A stretch of DNA of 64,000 nucleotides from Flavobacteriales bacterium (lineage in GTDB: Bacteria; Bacteroidota; Bacteroidia; Flavobacteriales_D; CALLUQ01): NCBI GenBank assembly GCA_963669295.1, contig OY769938.1:173533-237532 (forward strand). The letters run 5' to 3'. Positions 19,423-29,146 of the stretch are shown in pieces. The position numbers and the translations under genes were made by a program. The notes beneath the pieces are model-generated. The model ran no database searches. It was given only the letters and a program-made list of their open reading frames with translations, and was not told where the DNA came from. Position 1 is the first letter of the stretch; every line of letters starts with the position of its first letter.

Positions 19423-21678
19423 CTAACGGAGCGTATAGGTGAGGCCAACAGAAAATGTGCGGTTAAACTGGGGGACATAGGGCAATTCATAGCCCGTTTT
19501 CCAGGTGGTAAATATCCCTTTATTGATGTTATTCAATACGTTGTACATCCTACCCTGAATGAGGAAATTGCGATTGACTACTTTGGTAAATACCATATCG
19601 AGGTTGAAGAAACCTGCCGTTTCCTGCACAAACAATTGACCGTTCGACAAGGCAATTCCTCCCACAAAATTGCCTACATATTTGTTGTAAAGCGATAGGC
19701 GGTTGGTTTTGGCGATGGTAAAGTGCAGGTTGAGTTGCCCCATAAACTCAGGCATGGAGCGATAGCTGTCTACATCGGTAATGGTATCTAAAAATTCTTC
19801 TCCAATGTTGTATTGCAAACTAAAATCAACATCCACAATTTTCGACTTATAGTTCGCAAAAGCTTGAAATGCTTGCAATACCGACCGTGAAGAGGTATTG
19901 GTGGAGCCTACAAAAAACTCCTGTCCGGGGGGAACCATGCTTGCTGTATCGGGAGGGAAGTCTGCCCGATTAAAAATACTGTTGCTCAACTCGTGCCAGT
20001 AGTAATGCAGTTCTACCCGTAGGTTTTCATTGATGTCGCGAAACGTACCAAATTCGATGCTGGTCATGTTTTCGGGGCTCAACCGTTGCCTACGTTGCTT
20101 AAAGAAAGCTGCTTGTGGGGGTTGACCAGGTGGAGAGCCTTGCATCCAATAGTTATCGTTGATGAAGTAAGGGGTAGGCCTACGAAAAGATTGGGAATAA
20201 AAGCAACGCACCCGCCAATCGTCGGTCAATTTATACAACGCTCCAAACTTCGGGCTCACTACACCTTCATCGTCGCGTTGCGAAACGTCGTAACGCAAGC
20301 CGCCAATGAGGTTAAATTTTTCGGCCTTATAATACACTTGTGTAAAACCGGCGATATCGGTGAGGTTAAACTCATCAAAAACAGCCAACGAATCAATCCA
20401 GCTCCACTGATCAAATGAGTTGAGCAAGTAGTCCTGTCCGGTAGAGTCGGTGCGTATCTGATCATCGTCGAAGGGATGGCCAAGATAGCCGTGAAACAAG
20501 GGGCCGGAAGAATTGAAGTAAGACCCTCCCACCAATACATTGAACCGCTTATTGGTGTAGTTCACCAATTGCTCTACCAGCAAGTCATTAGAGGCGCCAT
20601 ACATAAAATTACGGTCGTTAGAAATGGGGTGATCAATGCCTACATAGGAGGAGTTGTTGTCCATGGCATAATTGAGGTAAGAAGCGTTGGTATTGCTCGA
20701 CCAGTGCTTGCCCCAATTGGCATTGTATTGTAAGTTGTAGTTGTAAATGAACTCTGCTGTATAGGTAGAAGGATCGCTATACGACACTACCCCCGGGTGG
20801 GCACCAAGTGCGCTGTGGTCTCTTCGATACAATGCTTGTACACCAGCCATCAACCCTCTGAAGTTAACTTGTGCTCCTACAATCCTACTTTCGTGCGATA
20901 AATCACGAATTTCGGGCAGGGAAATGTCTTCCTCTTCGGCCAAATAAAATGGACTTTGATAGGTCAATGTATCGTCTACCACAAACTGGCTGATGTCGAT
21001 GTCGAGGTTGTCGGTACGTTTGCTGGAGCCATAAAACATGTATTTAAATACGTTGCGGTCTTTGCCCAATTTTCCTCCTAATGATAAATGCACTTCATCC
21101 GATAGTCCTGAGTTGAGGACTACACTTCCGGTTACTTCCATGGGGCGATCCACTTCTGGCAGTACAATGTTTACGATACCTCCCATAGCATCGGAGCCAT
21201 ACAACGAAGAGGCAGGCCCTAACACAATTTCAATGCGTTCGGCCTGTCGGATAGGCAACTGCGCCCCCAATGGCATGCCTGGGGCACCAAAGGGTTTTAC
21301 CGGACTACCGTTGATTAAGATTTTGGTATATACATTGCCAAACAGTCCACGCATGGTAAATGTTTCGCCATACAAGGCCGAGCTGGGTTGTGAAGTTCTG
21401 AAGCCAGGAAGGGTTTTTAGCACATCTACTAAGGTGGTGTACCCATTCAGGTTAATCTCTTCGTTGGTAATGATGTAAGTACGTACAGGCAATTCGTCGG
21501 AATGCTCCGGAATACGGTTTGCCGCGTAAATTTTTTGATTTTCTTTCGGTGGATGTTGAATCAGGTCTTTGTTGCCCAATTGGTTCCAGCGAAAGGTAGA
21601 ATCTTCTAGCGGTGATTGCGCCATTGCCCATAATGGAAATAGCCATACCATCAGTACGCCAAGCCTAACCTTCCCCAT
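19423..21678 (-). CDS. TonB-dependent receptor (plug plus barrel)
   Basis: signal peptide; TLVDVLKTLPG, ERIEIVLGPASSLYGSDAMGGIVNIV, C-terminal RTFSVGLTYTL. Confidence 0.9.
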   Translation of the reverse strand: MGKVRLGVLMVWLFPLWAMAQSPLEDSTFRWNQLGNKDLIQHPPKENQKIYAANRIPEHSDELPVRTYIITNEEINLNGYTTLVDVLKTLPGFRTSQPSSALYGETFTMRGLFGNVYTKILINGSPVKPFGAPGMPLGAQLPIRQAERIEIVLGPASSLYGSDAMGGIVNIVLPEVDRPMEVTGSVVLNSGLSDEVHLSLGGKLGKDRNVFKYMFYGSSKRTDNLDIDISQFVVDDTLTYQSPFYLAEEEDISLPEIRDLSHESRIVGAQVNFRGLMAGVQALYRRDHSALGAHPGVVSYSDPSTYTAEFIYNYNLQYNANWGKHWSSNTNASYLNYAMDNNSSYVGIDHPISNDRNFMYGASNDLLVEQLVNYTNKRFNVLVGGSYFNSSGPLFHGYLGHPFDDDQIRTDSTGQDYLLNSFDQWSWIDSLAVFDEFNLTDIAGFTQVYYKAEKFNLIGGLRYDVSQRDDEGVVSPKFGALYKLTDDWRVRCFYSQSFRRPTPYFINDNYWMQGSPPGQPPQAAFFKQRRQRLSPENMTSIEFGTFRDINENLRVELHYYWHELSNSIFNRADFPPDTASMVPPGQEFFVGSTNTSSRSVLQAFQAFANYKSKIVDVDFSLQYNIGEEFLDTITDVDSYRSMPEFMGQLNLHFTIAKTNRLSLYNKYVGNFVGGIALSNGQLFVQETAGFFNLDMVFTKVVNRNFLIQGRMYNVLNNINKGIFTTWKTGYELPYVPQFNRTFSVGLTYTLR

Positions 21679-21978
21679 GTACCTGTAATTTAATTTGCAT
21701 TTGCCGATCCAATAGCTTCCATACAAATATAATAGGAATACGACAGTAATGGGGTTGGGATTCGTAAAGTTGATGAATCAGGTAGTTTGGGGTGGCGGGG
21801 AGCGCAATTAGGAGGCCGAAAACAAGCGGGGGGGACATAAGGGGGGCAAAAAAATGCTCCCTTATACAATAGCTTCGTTTTACCTTCGTTTGGTTGAATG
21901 AACAATTTTCGAGCAATGTTGTTCTATTTTTAGATTTGGTGAAAAAGGTGTATTTTCGCATCTGTTACAAGGTAACTT

Positions 21979-22305
21979 ATGATTCAATCTAGCATCCATA
22001 AAGGATTATCTCTTTATGTACGAATATTTTTTTTCGTACTGGCTGCGGTATTTGTATCGAATACCCTTGTTCCTGAGTACCTTGCTTGTGTAGATGCCGA
22101 AGTGTTGGAGTTGGTAGAAAGTGATAAAGAGGCCGAAGAGGAAAAGAAAGAAAGCCAGGAAGAAAACGAAAAAGACGAATATTTACATACCAACTTATCG
22201 TCGAGTGATTGGAACTTAACCCAACATTTTCGACACAACCACTGTCTTGCTAACTGGGCATCTCCTGCTCTTAGTATTGCTACCCCCCCGCCTGAACAGG
22301 TTTAA
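21979..22305 (+). CDS. small exported/membrane protein ending in a PPP motif (DUF2946-like architecture, possible leader peptide)
   Basis: N-terminal hydrophobic segment, acidic E/K linker, His/Cys patch, C-terminal SIATPPPEQV; first ORF before sulP and CA. Confidence 0.65.
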   Translation: MIQSSIHKGLSLYVRIFFFVLAAVFVSNTLVPEYLACVDAEVLELVESDKEAEEEKKESQEENEKDEYLHTNLSSSDWNLTQHFRHNHCLANWASPALSIATPPPEQV

Positions 22306-22405
22306 TTTTCAATGGAAACTTCAATGCATTGCATTGTTGAATTGTGAATTAATAACGTGCTTTTACTAGCATTAATGATGCCTTACAGGCTTAACTAACT
22401 ATAAC

Positions 22406-23794
22406 ATGAGTGATTCGAATAAACAAGGTTTGTTCTCAAACCTAAAACATGATTTACCCGCAGGTATTGTAGTATTTCTTGTGGCCATGCCCCTTTGTTT
22501 GGGGATTGCCCTTGCTTCTGGCGCACCTCTATTTTCTGGCATCATTGCTGGTATTGTAGGGGGTATCCTGGTTGCTGCTATCAGTGGTTCTCCTCTCGGA
22601 GTGAGTGGCCCGGCAGCCGGGTTGGCCGTAATTGTTTATGGCGCCATCGAGGAAATGGAAACCTTTGAAACATTTTTATTGGCGGTAATGATTGCCGGTG
22701 CAGTTCAATTGATACTTGGTTTGGCAAGGGCCGGAGTTGTGGCCAAATTCTTTCCTGGATCTGTTATTACAGGGATGCTTTCCGGTATTGGTATTATCAT
22801 TTTCCTCAAACAAATTCCGCATGCCTTTGGTTACGACAAAGACCCGGAAGGTGACTTTGCTTTTGCACAAGTAGACGGACACAATACTTTCAGTGAATTG
22901 GGGTATATGATGGATGCCGTTAATCCCGGTGCTTTAATCATTGCAGCAGTATCGTTGTTCATCCTTATTTTGTGGGAACAAAAATTCATGAAGAAAGTGC
23001 CGGCCTTTAAAATTATACAAGGCCCACTAGTAGCTGTTGCTGCTGGTATTGGGTTGCACCTCTTATGGGTGAAAACGGGCATGTATACGTTAGAAAGCGA
23101 CCAGGTAGTAAACCTACCAGTAGCCGAATCGGTGGATGGATTTATCAACCAATTCTCCATGCCCGACTTCAACCAGTTTGGCAATGTTCAGGTATGGAAA
23201 TATGCTGGTATTATTGCATTGGTAGCCAGTCTGGAAACCTTATTGTGTGTTGATGCCACAGATAAGCTCGACCCCATGAAAAGGATTACTCCTACCAACC
23301 GCGAGTTGATTGCACAAGGAGCAGGTAACATGGTATCAGGGCTCATTGGTGGGCTGCCCATTACCCAGGTAATTGTGCGTAGTTCTGCCAACATTCAATC
23401 GGGAGGTCGCACCAAGATCAGTGCTATCTTTCATGGTTTCTTGCTCGTTATTTGTGTAGCATTTATACCAAATGTGTTGAACCTTATTCCACTAGCCAGT
23501 CTTGCTGCTATTTTATTTGTAGTAGGCTATAAGTTGGCAAAACCTTCGCTTTTCATTGCCAAATTCAAAGAAGGATGGGATCAATTCATTCCTTTTATAG
23601 TTACCATTGCAGGCATTGTATTTACCGACCTGCTTACGGGTATTGCCATTGGATTTGTAGTAGCAATGCTCTTCAAATTCTTGATTAAAAAAGATACTCC
23701 TTCATCTAACGATACTACTTCTGAAGAGGAGGAAAATAAAACTGTAGCTGCAAACAATATAGTAGAAGCTGAAGCGACTACAGTAGCAGAGTAA
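22406..23794 (+). CDS. SulP-family anion (probably bicarbonate) transporter lacking STAS
   Basis: DLPAGIVVFLVAMPLCLGIALASG, VSGPAAGL, GGLPITQVIVRSSAN; adjacent to carbonic anhydrase. Confidence 0.92.
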   Translation: MSDSNKQGLFSNLKHDLPAGIVVFLVAMPLCLGIALASGAPLFSGIIAGIVGGILVAAISGSPLGVSGPAAGLAVIVYGAIEEMETFETFLLAVMIAGAVQLILGLARAGVVAKFFPGSVITGMLSGIGIIIFLKQIPHAFGYDKDPEGDFAFAQVDGHNTFSELGYMMDAVNPGALIIAAVSLFILILWEQKFMKKVPAFKIIQGPLVAVAAGIGLHLLWVKTGMYTLESDQVVNLPVAESVDGFINQFSMPDFNQFGNVQVWKYAGIIALVASLETLLCVDATDKLDPMKRITPTNRELIAQGAGNMVSGLIGGLPITQVIVRSSANIQSGGRTKISAIFHGFLLVICVAFIPNVLNLIPLASLAAILFVVGYKLAKPSLFIAKFKEGWDQFIPFIVTIAGIVFTDLLTGIAIGFVVAMLFKFLIKKDTPSSNDTTSEEEENKTVAANNIVEAEATTVAE

Positions 23795-23837
23795 CTGATT
23801 GAACCAACATTATTAGTGTATACATAAAACTATAAAC

Positions 23838-24479
23838 ATGGAAACGACTATCGATAATTCAAAAACTCAAACTAAAGATACACAAGCAGCCATTACCCCT
23901 GCTGCTGCACTCGACCTATTGAAAGCGGGTAACGAACGTTTTGTAAACAGCACTCCAGTAGCGCGCAACTTGAATCAGCAGGTAAGCGATACCTCAACCG
24001 GTCAGGCACCCTTTGCAGTGGTACTGGGCTGCATCGATTCGCGTGTGCCGGGCGAAATGGTATTCGACCAGGGCATTGGCGACATCTTCAACATCCGTAT
24101 TGCTGGTAACTTCATTAACGACGATATATTGGGCAGCATGGAGTTTAGCTGTAAAGTAGCAGGGTCGAAACTCATTGTAGTAATGGGGCACGTAAGTTGT
24201 GGCGCAGTAAAAGGTGCTTGCGACAGTGTTGAATTGGGTAACCTTACCGGCATGTTGAACAAAATACAGCCCGCTATTGATGCGGTAACCGACATTACTG
24301 AAAACCGCAATTCTTCCAATGCTGAGTTTGTACAAAAAGTATCGGATGCCAATGTAGCCTTAAGTGTTGCTGCTATTCGCGAGCGCAGTGCTGTATTGCG
24401 CGAAATGCACGACAATGGCGAAATCGATATTGTAGGTGCCATGTACGACATCCATACCGGAAAGGTGTCTTTTAGCTAA
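23838..24479 (+). CDS. beta-class carbonic anhydrase
   Basis: Zn ligands CIDSR and GHVSCGAVKGA; LKAGNERF. Confidence 0.95.
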   Translation: METTIDNSKTQTKDTQAAITPAAALDLLKAGNERFVNSTPVARNLNQQVSDTSTGQAPFAVVLGCIDSRVPGEMVFDQGIGDIFNIRIAGNFINDDILGSMEFSCKVAGSKLIVVMGHVSCGAVKGACDSVELGNLTGMLNKIQPAIDAVTDITENRNSSNAEFVQKVSDANVALSVAAIRERSAVLREMHDNGEIDIVGAMYDIHTGKVSFS

Positions 24480-24484
24480 TCCGT

Positions 24485-25162
24485 ATGAAACATATCGTTT
24501 TAAGCCTGCTGTTGCTACAGTGGGCATTTGCTGCATGGTCGCAAGATGAAGTGGGCAACTGGTTGATGTACTTCGGCCAAAATAAAATTGCCGATCAGTG
24601 GAGTATCCACAGTGAAGTGCAATACCGTAATCATACCCTTGCCCCAGGTAATGTAGAGCAATTGCTTATACGCGGTGGGTTCAATTATCACTTTGCACCC
24701 AATGCCATGGTTACAGCGGGGTATGGGCACATCACTTCGCACGTATACGAAAGTGAGCAAAAAGCCCCTGAAAGCACCGAGCATCGCATTTGGCAACAAT
24801 TCATCAGCACCAGCAAAATTGGCAGGGTAAAGCTAGAACACCGCTACCGTGTGGAACAGCGTTGGGTAAACAACGATTACCGCAACCGACTGCGCTACCG
24901 TTTGATGCTGTTTGTGCCATTGAACAAAAAGAAAATTGAACCAGGCACTGTTTTCGTTGGCCTGTACGACGAAATCTTCATGAACACCGAAGAAACGTTT
25001 TTCGACCGCAACCGTTTGTACGGGGCAGTAGGCTACCAGGTAAACAGCACTACGGGTGTGCAACTGGGGTGGTTGCAACAACAGGTAGGCAACTTTGGCA
25101 AGCAATACTTGCAAATGGCCCTGGTATTTAACCCCGATTTTAGGAAGAAGGCAGCAGAATAG
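24485..25162 (+). CDS. DUF2490 outer-membrane beta-barrel protein
   Basis: W.MYFG, EHRIWQQ, EHRYRVEQRW, RLRYR, YDEIF...FDRNRLY. Confidence 0.88.
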   Translation: MKHIVLSLLLLQWAFAAWSQDEVGNWLMYFGQNKIADQWSIHSEVQYRNHTLAPGNVEQLLIRGGFNYHFAPNAMVTAGYGHITSHVYESEQKAPESTEHRIWQQFISTSKIGRVKLEHRYRVEQRWVNNDYRNRLRYRLMLFVPLNKKKIEPGTVFVGLYDEIFMNTEETFFDRNRLYGAVGYQVNSTTGVQLGWLQQQVGNFGKQYLQMALVFNPDFRKKAAE

Positions 25163-25195
25163 TAACACCCCCTACAATAAAAACATACGTGCCCT

Positions 25196-26626
25196 TTATG
25201 CCTGGGTACCAATAGCGGCTACCAGGTCGTCAACGGTATCGTATTGTGCTACCCATTGCAGCAATAAGGGGGCATGTTGTTGCACCGCAGCAGCGAATTG
25301 CTCGCTGCCATGCTGTACAAAAAGGTCGGCCATGTTGTTAATCATGGTAGCCATGGAGATGCCCTCAATGGTTTTCTCCAACCGGTAGGGTTCGTCCTGT
25401 TTCAGCTTCCTGCTCAACGAAATGAATTGCGGCCCTTTATGGCGTTGCCAGGCCACCATGCATTCGCGGTGGTCGTTCACCAAATCGATGCCTTCGTTTA
25501 CATGCTGTATAAGTGCCTGTACCAGTTGCCGCCCTTGCTCCGATTGGTTGAGCAATTCGCGGTACCGCTCCAGCCGTTTGGTATCGGCAAAAATTTGTAC
25601 TAACTCCAATTTGTCTTGCGGAACAGGAATGATAAAGTCGGCTTCATCGTGCCAAATGGTTTGTATGTTGTTGGCCAGGGTATGATATGGTGGTTCACTG
25701 CCCTCTTTGCTCCCATTAAATACCATGCCGATGACTTTATTTTCATTGGTTACCACAACCGCTCCTGAATCGCCATTACTCGCAAACTTTTCATTTTCTT
25801 TTCTTCCTGGGTGCCCGGCCACGATGGTGATGCCAATGCAGGTCATGTCAGCCTCTCGAAAAGTTAAACGGGTGACCTGCCCAATGGTAAACCCAGTGCG
25901 CATTCCATACTTGCGTACCCTCGACCCTACATAATAACCACCATCGCCATCTGCCACACGCGGAAAAGCGACTCCTGTTAGTTCGCCTATTCTTATCACT
26001 TTGTTGCTGGTTTCTACCCCTTCTTCTATGCGGGCAATGGCAGCATCTATACAAGGTTCTTCCACCCCTTTCCAATTGGTGGCAATGATGGCATCATCGC
26101 TGCCATCGGTGGCTGGCTGGTAAATTTCCGTTCCATCAGCCCCTCCATCGGCATACAACACGTGGTTGCAACTCAACAGGCCTACAAACGATTTTTTATT
26201 TTTTCGCCCCAACTCTACATATACCAATGCCCCCAATGTACCAACGGCTGGTTGTTCTGCCTTTAAATTGGAAATGGAACAACCACCTTGCAATGGGCGG
26301 TAACTGATGTTGTTCGGTAACCCCGGGTCGCCTTCAAACAATGGCTTCCGAAGTATTAAAGGTTCCGTATCGGGTTGTTCAACTACATCCAAATAAAACC
26401 CTTCCAGGGCATTGGGAATCACCTGATCGGGATGAAGTTGATCGACGGGTCGTTTTTTTTCTACCTCTACAAAAAGGCAAAACTCGTCCAGTAATTCCCC
26501 CTCCTTTTGGCGCAACCCTACGCCAAACCCAGTAGCTCCTTCAAAGCCCAGCAGATAATCTGCATGTGCTTTCAAGGCAGCCATGGCCTTCACTTGCTGC
26601 TTTCCATAATCGGGTTTATGCTCCAT
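25196..26626 (-). CDS. trypsin/chymotrypsin-like (S1, Nal1-like) serine protease with N- and C-terminal extensions
   Basis: catalytic triad SCNHVL, DAAIA, GDSGA; KYGMRTGFT.G; no signal peptide. Confidence 0.85.
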   Translation of the reverse strand: MEHKPDYGKQQVKAMAALKAHADYLLGFEGATGFGVGLRQKEGELLDEFCLFVEVEKKRPVDQLHPDQVIPNALEGFYLDVVEQPDTEPLILRKPLFEGDPGLPNNISYRPLQGGCSISNLKAEQPAVGTLGALVYVELGRKNKKSFVGLLSCNHVLYADGGADGTEIYQPATDGSDDAIIATNWKGVEEPCIDAAIARIEEGVETSNKVIRIGELTGVAFPRVADGDGGYYVGSRVRKYGMRTGFTIGQVTRLTFREADMTCIGITIVAGHPGRKENEKFASNGDSGAVVVTNENKVIGMVFNGSKEGSEPPYHTLANNIQTIWHDEADFIIPVPQDKLELVQIFADTKRLERYRELLNQSEQGRQLVQALIQHVNEGIDLVNDHRECMVAWQRHKGPQFISLSRKLKQDEPYRLEKTIEGISMATMINNMADLFVQHGSEQFAAAVQQHAPLLLQWVAQYDTVDDLVAAIGTQA

Positions 26627-26867
26627 GATATGTTTGGTTTTAGTGGTTAGTAATGCATTGAATATACCGTAATTTTATCAATTGGGTGTTATGCAATGCA
26701 TTCCCTTCCTGCTCAACAAATGGATGAAACCCAAAAGAAGGAGTACGAAGCACCATTTCGAGGATGTGCACTCCTTTTTTACAAGGATTAAAGGGGCACA
26801 ATAATCGATTTCATTCTTTCCGAAATCCTTATCTTGCTACTGAAAAACTCAAAACCGGTATAGCACC

Positions 26868-28586
26868 ATGAACATTCGACTTTCGCTTTCTCCATTAAAA
26901 GGATGGGGCTGCTCATTTTTACTGGCAGCACTGCTACTATCAAGCATTGGTTACGCCCAGCTTTTCCCCAACCCCATGCATGTACCCGATACCATTATGG
27001 GCACCACATTTAACCTGGTGGTAGATGAATCGAAAAAACTTTTCATTGCTGGCGATAGCAGCGATACCTATGGCATCAATGGCGATTATTTGGGACCTAC
27101 TTTAATTATGAATGAGGGTGATTTTGTGCAGATGAATGTGACCAACAACCTCGCCAATACCACCACCATGCACTGGCATGGTATGCATGTAGCGCCCGAA
27201 GATGATGGAGGGCCACATACGCCCATTGCACCTGGAGAAACGTGGTCGCCCGACTTTACCGTATTGGATGAGGCCACCACCTTTTGGTACCACCCACACT
27301 TGCATCATTATACGGCAGAACAAGTATACTTTGGCGCTGCGGGTATGATTTTGATCCGCGATAACAACCCCATTGCTAATCAGCTGCCCCACACCTACGG
27401 TGTAGACGAATTTCCATTGATTATACAAGACAAATCGTTCGATACCCTCAACCAATTTATTTACACCGAAATGGCCGACACCATGATGGTGAATGGCACA
27501 CTAGGTCCCTATTTGGAGGTACCCGGACAAATGGTGCGTTTCCACATCTTAAACGCTTCCAACCAACGGGTATACAACCTGGGGTTCCCCTTTCAATTCG
27601 ACATGTGGCAAATTGGTTCCGATGGTGGACTGCTGGAGCAACCATTGCCTACCAACCGGTTGTACATTGCCCCGGGCGAACGCGCTGAGGTGGTCATCGA
27701 CTTTAGCTCACAAATCGGCTGGAACGGGCCTATGGTATCGTTCAACTCAGAAATGGGTGATGGTGTATCAGGAGCCCCTAATGGTCCTGGTGGCGGCCCC
27801 AACAATCCATTGGATGGGGTAGATTTTCAGGTGTTGGAATTCAGGGTACAACCCCCTACCGCCAACCCCATTACCAGCATTCCCAATAACCTCAACACGT
27901 TAAGCCCACCACAAGAAATCAATACCGACCGTTACCGCACCAAAACCTTTACAGTTGACAGTACCGGATTTCCATTTTACATCAATGGCGAATTGATGGA
28001 CATGGCGGTATTTAACGATACGGTACTGCTCGACGACATTGAAGTGTGGACGCTCATCAACGAAACCGATATCGCGCACCCGTGGCACATTCACGACATT
28101 CAGTTTTTTGTACTCGACATCAATGGCAACCAACCTCCTCCCCACTTGCGTGGACGAAAGGATGTGGTACTGGTAGAACCGTTTGACACGATCAGGTACA
28201 TCACCCAGTTTACTGATTTCACCAACGATACGGTTCCCTACATGTTCCATTGCCACAACCTCTTTCATGAAGATGCAGGCATGATGGGACAGTTTATTGT
28301 AACCACTGGTGTGGGGGTGGAAGAATTGGAAGAAGGCACCGCCTTTTACGCCTACCCTAACCCAACGCTCAACCGCTTTAACATTGTGGCACACGAGGGC
28401 AACTTTTCCGACATCAATACCATTGAGGTGTGGGATACCCGTGGCCGACGGCTTGTTACCAGGGTTCCTGCGCCTGGGGTCAATCAACTCGAAATTGACC
28501 TTTCGCCCTACCCTACTGGTTTGTACTTGATACGGGTAAATTATGCCGATCAGTTTCAAACATTGAAGGTGATGAAGGCAAAGTAA
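26868..28586 (+). CDS. multicopper oxidase with T9SS sorting domain
   Basis: four Cu motifs HWHG, WYHPH, HPWHIH, HCHNLFHEDAGMM; C-terminal YPNPT...TGLYLIRV...KVMK. Confidence 0.93.
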   Translation: MNIRLSLSPLKGWGCSFLLAALLLSSIGYAQLFPNPMHVPDTIMGTTFNLVVDESKKLFIAGDSSDTYGINGDYLGPTLIMNEGDFVQMNVTNNLANTTTMHWHGMHVAPEDDGGPHTPIAPGETWSPDFTVLDEATTFWYHPHLHHYTAEQVYFGAAGMILIRDNNPIANQLPHTYGVDEFPLIIQDKSFDTLNQFIYTEMADTMMVNGTLGPYLEVPGQMVRFHILNASNQRVYNLGFPFQFDMWQIGSDGGLLEQPLPTNRLYIAPGERAEVVIDFSSQIGWNGPMVSFNSEMGDGVSGAPNGPGGGPNNPLDGVDFQVLEFRVQPPTANPITSIPNNLNTLSPPQEINTDRYRTKTFTVDSTGFPFYINGELMDMAVFNDTVLLDDIEVWTLINETDIAHPWHIHDIQFFVLDINGNQPPPHLRGRKDVVLVEPFDTIRYITQFTDFTNDTVPYMFHCHNLFHEDAGMMGQFIVTTGVGVEELEEGTAFYAYPNPTLNRFNIVAHEGNFSDINTIEVWDTRGRRLVTRVPAPGVNQLEIDLSPYPTGLYLIRVNYADQFQTLKVMKAK

Positions 28587-28738
28587 GGTGGTATAAAAAC
28601 GGTTAGCTCATCGGTTGTCAAAAAAGCAAAAAACGCTTTTCGAAACATCGCTCTGTATTCCCCTAAGCCAAGGCACAAGCGAGCTTTTGGCCAAAAATAA
28701 ATGCCGTATAAAACGGGAGAGCTCAGAGGTTCGGCTCC

Positions 28739-29096
28739 GAGCCAAAAAGCCTCGAATTAGAGCGTAAAGCGCTCGGAATCGAGCTAAAAACGCTTTATCG
28801 AGAGCGCATCACCCTCCTATTCGAGCGTTGAAGCATGGAGGGCATGGCAAAAAGGAACGGATGCCATGCTTTTACGCCCACTGTTGATGCAAGAAGAATC
28901 GTTGGCGAGCCTTAAAGCAACACGACCAAGCTTACTGGCAACGAGGGGCATGCTGCCTACCATTGCATTCATAGCTCGAAGCATTAAGCGCAAAGCTTCG
29001 AGCTTCGAACGAGAAGCAACAACGCTCGTGGGCGAGCAAAAAACGCTCAACGGTGATCCTGGAACGTTCGGCCTCGAACCTTTACAAATTTCATAA
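28739..29096 (+). repeat. degenerate 21-bp periodic (heptad-coding) tract, possible decayed ORF
   Basis: GAGC recurs at 28739, 28760, 28781, 28802, 28823; reads EPKSLEL-ERKALGI-ELKTLYR-ERITLLF-ER*; heptads resume in ORF 28866-29096. Confidence 0.55.
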
Positions 29097-29102
29097 GCTC
29101 AT

Positions 29103-29128
29103 GCAACCATTGCCCCCCTTTTTACGTC
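29103..29128 (+). promoter_or_regulatory. putative ECF-sigma promoter
   Basis: GCAACC-N16-CGTC upstream of the 29147 start. Confidence 0.4.
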
Positions 29129-29146
29129 ATTAAGAAAAGTAACGTT

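Noticed and set aside
28739-29096. 21-bp periodic tract as a CRISPR array
   Set aside because: Only a 4-bp core is conserved, there is no repeat-spacer structure, and no cas genes are present.
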